Below are positions 59,293 to 64,000 of a DNA stretch of 64,000 nt, one piece after another. The stretch spans positions 186-64,185 of the forward strand of contig JBAYWE010000004.1 in NCBI GenBank assembly GCA_041674185.1. The letters are read 5' to 3'. The translations under genes were made by a program, and so were the position numbers. How positions within the stretch are numbered: the first letter of the stretch is position 1; every line of letters starts with the position of its first letter. Below the pieces are notes generated by a model. It searched no databases and was not told the origin of the DNA. It worked only from the letters and a program-made list of their open reading frames with translations. Source of the DNA: Minisyncoccota bacterium (GTDB lineage Bacteria > Patescibacteriota > Minisyncoccia > UBA6257 > JAGOQP01).

Positions 59293-59437
59293 CAAACCTT
59301 CTTGACTCCCATACTTTCTTTTATTTTTTAAAAGATGTATGAGGAGTCTTTTTTATAAAAATTTTGATTCCAAAAAATATGATATACTCTTTATGAAATA
59401 CCACCTCATTAATTTAATATTGAAGGAATACTAAAAA

Positions 59438-60700
59438 ATGAAAACCACAGAAACAACCCACTACGATCTCATCGTAATTGGCGGAGGAGCTTCTGGACTC
59501 ATCGCGGCTGGACGCGCGGGCGAACGGGGACTCCGTGTTCTTTTGCTTGAAAAAAATAACCGGCTTGGTGAAAAACTCCGTATATCGGGAGGGGGGCGAT
59601 GTAATATTACCAACGCACAAGAAAATGAACGTGAGCTTCTCAAACACTATGGAGAGGCAGAACAATCCCTTTATTCTCTCTTTGCGCAATTTGGTGTAAA
59701 AGACACATTCTCTTTTTTTGAATCACAGGGGCTTCCTCTCGTTATAGAAGCACATCATCGCGCGTTCCCTCAATCACAAAGCGCAGAAGATGTTGTAAAA
59801 ACACTTGAAATATATATGCGTATGGGAAACGTAACCATAAAAACCAACTCACCCGTTACCCACATACTCACCCAAGATAATCTCATTATTGCAGTTCACT
59901 GTGGTGATAAAAAATATACTGCAACCGATTTTCTCCTTGCAACAGGCGGAGTGTCACATCCAAAGACGGGATCAACGGGAGATGGATTCGCGTGGTTACA
60001 ATCGTTGGGGCACACGATACAAAAACCAACGCCAACAGTAGTACCCCTTGCCGTAAAAGAACAGTGGGTGAAAGAGCTTGCGGGAGTATCTCTTTCTTCG
60101 GTGAAAATTACATTTTATGTAGATGAGAAGAAACAATTTCATCTTACGGGAAACATACTCTGTACTCACTTTGGGCTCTCGGGTCCACTCATTCTGAATC
60201 ATGCATATAAAGTGGCAAATATATTCCCCACCGGAACTGTTACGGCAACTATTGATCTCTACCCGCAAAACGATTTAGGGTCGTTAGAACGAACCATTAT
60301 CAGTGTTTTTGATGCGCATAAAAATAAGGTTCTTAAAAATATTATTAAAGAATTTGTTCCCGAAGGAACTTACAAAGGTATTGCGCTATTACTTGCACAA
60401 CATGTAGATATAGAAACAAAAGTACATTCCGTTTCTAAAGAAGACAGAAAAAAAATAGTACAATTACTCAAAGCGCTCCCTGTGACGATTACAAAACTCA
60501 TGGGATTTGATAAAGCTGTTGTTGCAGATGGAGGTGTGCCTCTTACAGAAATAGATATGAGAACCATGCGATCAAAGAAAATCCCCAACCTATTCATTAC
60601 CGGAGATCTGCTCCATATCAATCGGCCTTCAGGAGGATATTCCCTCCAACTTTGTTGGACGACGGGATATGTAGCCGCAAATCATGCTGGTAAAAAATAA
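59438..60700 (+). CDS. BaiN/YhiN (HI0933-family) flavoprotein
   Basis: IGGGASG, GEKLRISGGGRCNITN, ATGG.S.P.TGSTGDG, THFGLSGP and GGYSLQ. Confidence 0.92.
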   Translation: MKTTETTHYDLIVIGGGASGLIAAGRAGERGLRVLLLEKNNRLGEKLRISGGGRCNITNAQENERELLKHYGEAEQSLYSLFAQFGVKDTFSFFESQGLPLVIEAHHRAFPQSQSAEDVVKTLEIYMRMGNVTIKTNSPVTHILTQDNLIIAVHCGDKKYTATDFLLATGGVSHPKTGSTGDGFAWLQSLGHTIQKPTPTVVPLAVKEQWVKELAGVSLSSVKITFYVDEKKQFHLTGNILCTHFGLSGPLILNHAYKVANIFPTGTVTATIDLYPQNDLGSLERTIISVFDAHKNKVLKNIIKEFVPEGTYKGIALLLAQHVDIETKVHSVSKEDRKKIVQLLKALPVTITKLMGFDKAVVADGGVPLTEIDMRTMRSKKIPNLFITGDLLHINRPSGGYSLQLCWTTGYVAANHAGKK

Positions 60701-60771
60701 ACGCATATCAATGAACGAGTGGGTTTATTTTATTATTTTCAAATATTTGTAACATGCTATGATATACACAT

Positions 60772-61776
60772 ATGATTATTCACTCTAAAAAATATACAGT
60801 ACTACTCATAAGTATGAGTGTGCTGACCTATTGGTTCATACAAACCACACCACCCACTCATGCCGCGACGATCCCGTGCACCGTTCTTTCTATAAATCTT
60901 TACCAAGGAGCAACGGATGTTACCATGGAAGGACAAATACGTTTATTACAAAATTTTCTTGTTTCTGCCGGATATTTAACCGCAAAACCAAATGGAGTTT
61001 TTGGCCCCGCAACCTACACCGCAGTAAAACAATACCAATCGACACATACTATTCAAACCACAGGGGTTACAGGACCTCTCACCAGATCAGCTATACAGAA
61101 AGAGAGTTGTTCTATTACCACCACCCCACCAGCAACAACAGCCTCTGTTCCTCCAACCGTCCCCGCCACAACAACCGTACCACACATTATAGTTACCAAT
61201 CCTCAAAGAGGAGTTGATTTTACTCTAGGAGAATCATATCTGATTAGCTGGACAGGTCCTTCAGATGCCATGGGATATTCTATACTTCTTGAGGATCAAA
61301 ACGGAGCAGGAAAAGGATATATAGCTCTTGGGGCTTTTCCCGAAAAACAATACATATGGAAAGCTGGAGAAACTTTATCTTCACATAACCAAACTATTAT
61401 TCCGGGAACCTATCGTATACGCGTTCAACACCAAGTCAAAGGACCTATGCCCTACGACGAAACGAGCGCTGTATTTCATATCGTATATCCCCCGCTTACT
61501 GTCACACAAATTTTTCCCAAAACACCTCTAAACGCTGATGCAAAAACGAGTGTTGTGTTGTATGGATCTGGATTCACCTCTTCTTCGTTCGTATATTTTG
61601 ATCAATCCTTTGCCGTTAGCACGCGACCCCTGTACACCTCTCCTGATGGAACTGTTATGGTTATAACCATTCCTGAAAGGCTGCCTTCTGGTTATCATAC
61701 GGTGCGCGTATCAAACACCTATGATCTCTCAGCAACAACCACACAGAGCGACCCCTTAGAAATCACTGTGCGGTAA
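60772..61776 (+). CDS. Secreted peptidoglycan-binding protein with Ig-like/IPT domains
   Basis: LQNFL...G.FGPATYTAVKQYQ...TG.TGPLTR (PG-binding) and LYGSGF (IPT-like). Confidence 0.78.
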   Translation: MIIHSKKYTVLLISMSVLTYWFIQTTPPTHAATIPCTVLSINLYQGATDVTMEGQIRLLQNFLVSAGYLTAKPNGVFGPATYTAVKQYQSTHTIQTTGVTGPLTRSAIQKESCSITTTPPATTASVPPTVPATTTVPHIIVTNPQRGVDFTLGESYLISWTGPSDAMGYSILLEDQNGAGKGYIALGAFPEKQYIWKAGETLSSHNQTIIPGTYRIRVQHQVKGPMPYDETSAVFHIVYPPLTVTQIFPKTPLNADAKTSVVLYGSGFTSSSFVYFDQSFAVSTRPLYTSPDGTVMVITIPERLPSGYHTVRVSNTYDLSATTTQSDPLEITVR

Positions 61777-61833
61777 CATATCTATTATATATTTAAAAAA
61801 TACCTCTTTATAGAGGTATTTTTTAAAGGAACT

Positions 61834-62256
61834 TTATAAGAGGATACCGAGCGCGTATGAAATAACATAAACAAACGCCGCAATAATACAAATAATAGGC
61901 ATATACTTAGGAGATTCACCCTGCTTCTCAATAAATTTATGTAAATATCCCCACGTCTCTAAAATCAAAAAGATAGTAATAACCACTAAGAGAAGAAACG
62001 GCGTCTGTATAAAATAAAAAATAAAGAATCCTATACTTGCCATGAGTATATCTGACATTTGATTTATCTGAGATTCTCCAACTTTTGTGTAATATTCAAT
62101 AAATTCCCATATAACAAACGCTAGTACAGAAAGAAATACCGCGAAGATAAAATTAATCTTACTATACCATGCAAGACCTGCGAGACTTGCTCCAAATAGA
62201 AAATGATTAAGTGACCAAAGATCAATATATTTACTTTCTTGCCAAAGATTTTTCAT
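61834..62256 (-). CDS. Multi-TM hypothetical protein
   Basis: D.WS..HFL.G...WE..E...ES..N..SD pattern in a hydrophobic protein. Confidence 0.7.
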   Translation of the reverse strand: MKNLWQESKYIDLWSLNHFLFGASLAGLAWYSKINFIFAVFLSVLAFVIWEFIEYYTKVGESQINQMSDILMASIGFFIFYFIQTPFLLLVVITIFLILETWGYLHKFIEKQGESPKYMPIICIIAAFVYVISYALGILL

Positions 62257-62342
62257 AGTATATAAATATTTATTAGTGTATCATACTATTCCGTCATAGA
62301 AAATTTATTGAATTCCCCTCGTAAAACGCGCATACTATTTTT

Positions 62343-63419
62343 ATGTCTCGTACAACCTATATATCTATAGTTATTGTGGTCGTTTTTATTATACTGGGAA
62401 TTTTTTTGTATTCTCTTGTTTTTTCCACACCTCCACTTCCTGAGATATCAAAAGAAAAGACGGTTACTTTTTCGGTATTTTTTTCACACAAAAATATATC
62501 TGCACATGACTGTTCACAAGTACTTCCCATAAAACGAACAATCCCTTATACGACTGGCGTTGCAACAGAAGCGTTGCAACAACTCTTTCAGGGACCAACT
62601 CCACAAGAATTACAACAGGGATACACGAGTGCACTTGTTGCATCTTCTTCCCCTCTTATCCGTATTTCTATATATGAGGGAACTGCGTATGTAGACTTAC
62701 ACGATATTCGAAAAACTCAAACGCATATATCATCGTCCTGTGGTATGGGAGCTTTCATCTCTCAAGTAACAAACACTCTTACTCAATTCTCTACCATACA
62801 AAAAGTTATATTCGCCATCAATGGTAACCCACAAATATTTTATGATTGGATCCAAATGGGATGCTCTCTTGAAAACGAATACTGTAATCCCACTCAATTC
62901 TTAATCGCGGGTATACGAGGCTCTTTATGGACACCTTATACCGACACCCAAAAATTATTTACCCTCTCATACCCTTCTCTATTTACCAAAGCAAAAAGTA
63001 ATACCTCGGTACTTTCCCTTACTCCTATTTCAAGCATTCTACTCACCCATCGTATTCCTACACCACATTGTGTACTCTCAGAAAAATGCACCCCCTTCAC
63101 TACAAATATACAGGTTCAACTCAGCGTCCTAAATGCCCCCCTTTCTCAGGTTGCACAAGCCATTGCTTCAAGTACCGCCCAAGAACCTCAACCATTCCAT
63201 GTGGCAGAAAAAACAGGTGTATTTTCATACATGGGAGCAGAAGGTGAAGGATTATATGAATACGCTATTCCCCTCAATACAACACACACATTATTTATAA
63301 CTCGTATCTATATAGACGAGGCAAGTATCATTACTTATAAAAGCGCCCCTCTCTTTATTCCCTTTGAAGACCAGAAGAAGTTGTTTAGTGAGATATTAAA
63401 TACCCTCAAAATTTTTTAA
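62343..63419 (+). CDS. GerMN domain membrane-anchored protein
   Basis: AL.QLFQGPT..E...GY.S, TAYVDL and TLTQFSTIQKV...ING. Confidence 0.82.
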   Translation: MSRTTYISIVIVVVFIILGIFLYSLVFSTPPLPEISKEKTVTFSVFFSHKNISAHDCSQVLPIKRTIPYTTGVATEALQQLFQGPTPQELQQGYTSALVASSSPLIRISIYEGTAYVDLHDIRKTQTHISSSCGMGAFISQVTNTLTQFSTIQKVIFAINGNPQIFYDWIQMGCSLENEYCNPTQFLIAGIRGSLWTPYTDTQKLFTLSYPSLFTKAKSNTSVLSLTPISSILLTHRIPTPHCVLSEKCTPFTTNIQVQLSVLNAPLSQVAQAIASSTAQEPQPFHVAEKTGVFSYMGAEGEGLYEYAIPLNTTHTLFITRIYIDEASIITYKSAPLFIPFEDQKKLFSEILNTLKIF

Positions 63420-63430
63420 CACACGAGATA

Positions 63431-64000
63431 CTATTTAGTAGAATTATAGATAGATAAAATCTCTGCGGCAGAGAGAGCTCTGTTATAGATACGGACGTCG
63501 TCGACGTATCCAGCAAAAAACGGAGTTGTTGGAATAGTTGAACACTGCGCCTCTGCTCCTATAATCAACGAGTTTGAGCAAGAATATGTAATAGAATAAT
63601 TTCCTCCCGCATCATTCGTATTAGCTAATACGCCATCTATATATAATTTAGCGTATCGTCCATCAAAAACTCCAGCTACAAAAAGCCACCCACCGTGAGA
63701 AGTCGCTGATGATATTCCATACGTTCCATTTCTGAAAAGATAAAAAGCTATATCGGTATTAAAACCGTATCCTCCAGTTTCGGTCTTTGATAAAATTCTC
63801 CATTCTCCTACCCCCGATCTATTCGCCCACAACATAAATGATATTTGATTTACAGGAGCAAGTGATGCTGCATAGGGCACTCCTACATAGTTAGTAGCCC
63901 CATCAAAACTCAAACAACTCCCTCTCTTACAGTTTGTGGATGTCTGCCAAGTAGGGCTATTGGTGAGCGTGCCATTGTTGCTATATCCCGATCGATCATA
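63431..64000 (-). CDS. LamG / concanavalin-A-like domain protein (5' end outside the window)
   Basis: Frame open to the window end (YDRSGYSNNGTL...); LYIDG and G.VDDVRIYNRALS. Confidence 0.85.
   Translation of the reverse strand, partial: YDRSGYSNNGTLTNSPTWQTSTNCKRGSCLSFDGATNYVGVPYAASLAPVNQISFMLWANRSGVGEWRILSKTETGGYGFNTDIAFYLFRNGTYGISSATSHGGWLFVAGVFDGRYAKLYIDGVLANTNDAGGNYSITYSCSNSLIIGAEAQCSTIPTTPFFAGYVDDVRIYNRALSAAEILSIYNSTK

Noticed and set aside
1-64000. CRISPR array, IS transposase, integrase or prophage
   Set aside because: No regularly spaced repeats, and no cas, transposase, recombinase or phage structural motifs were recognised.
1-64000. UGA reassignment (genetic code 25 or 4)
   Set aside because: Conserved genes are full length under code 11 with no in-frame TGA. 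TGA ends genes at 4869, 40273 and 46520, the last as an ATGA overlap.

Overview
This is an AT-rich bacterial chromosome segment. Its gene content suggests Patescibacteria/CPR (Parcubacteria-like), which is an inference from the short IF2, ProRS without an editing domain, many secreted orphan proteins and leaderless-type starts. Bases 1-39 kb are mostly housekeeping genes (cca, HU, mreB-mreC-mreD-mrdA, proS, rseP, frr, holB, tpiA, rny, gpmI, ppsA, infB, rbfA). Bases 39-52 kb look like an accessory island: small cassettes, a type I R-M locus with embedded NYN and membrane genes, tRNA-Ser and a small GIY-YIG nuclease. Bases 53-59 kb hold a YbaK / methyltransferase-like / AstE-like / GCS2-like / trpS / PLP-decarboxylase / tRNA-Trp cluster. 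There are eight tRNA genes and none encodes CCA. The most striking signal is non-coding. Four tRNA genes (Arg, Gly, Glu, Ser) are each followed by a roughly 200-300 bp element customised to its own tRNA. Each has a terminator-like hairpin, an antisense copy of that tRNA's 3' end, a structured core and a direct copy of the tRNA T-arm. In three cases the antisense copy is split by a covarying 25-nt A-N7-AACTGCTT-N7'-GT hairpin. A 20-bp palindrome, CCTGCCTACCGGYAGGCAGG, is inserted cleanly four times, only in these tRNA-linked sequences. A GIY-YIG gene flanked by a duplicated tRNA-Ser 5' end is the candidate mobiliser. All product names come from motif recognition by eye; no database searches were run.
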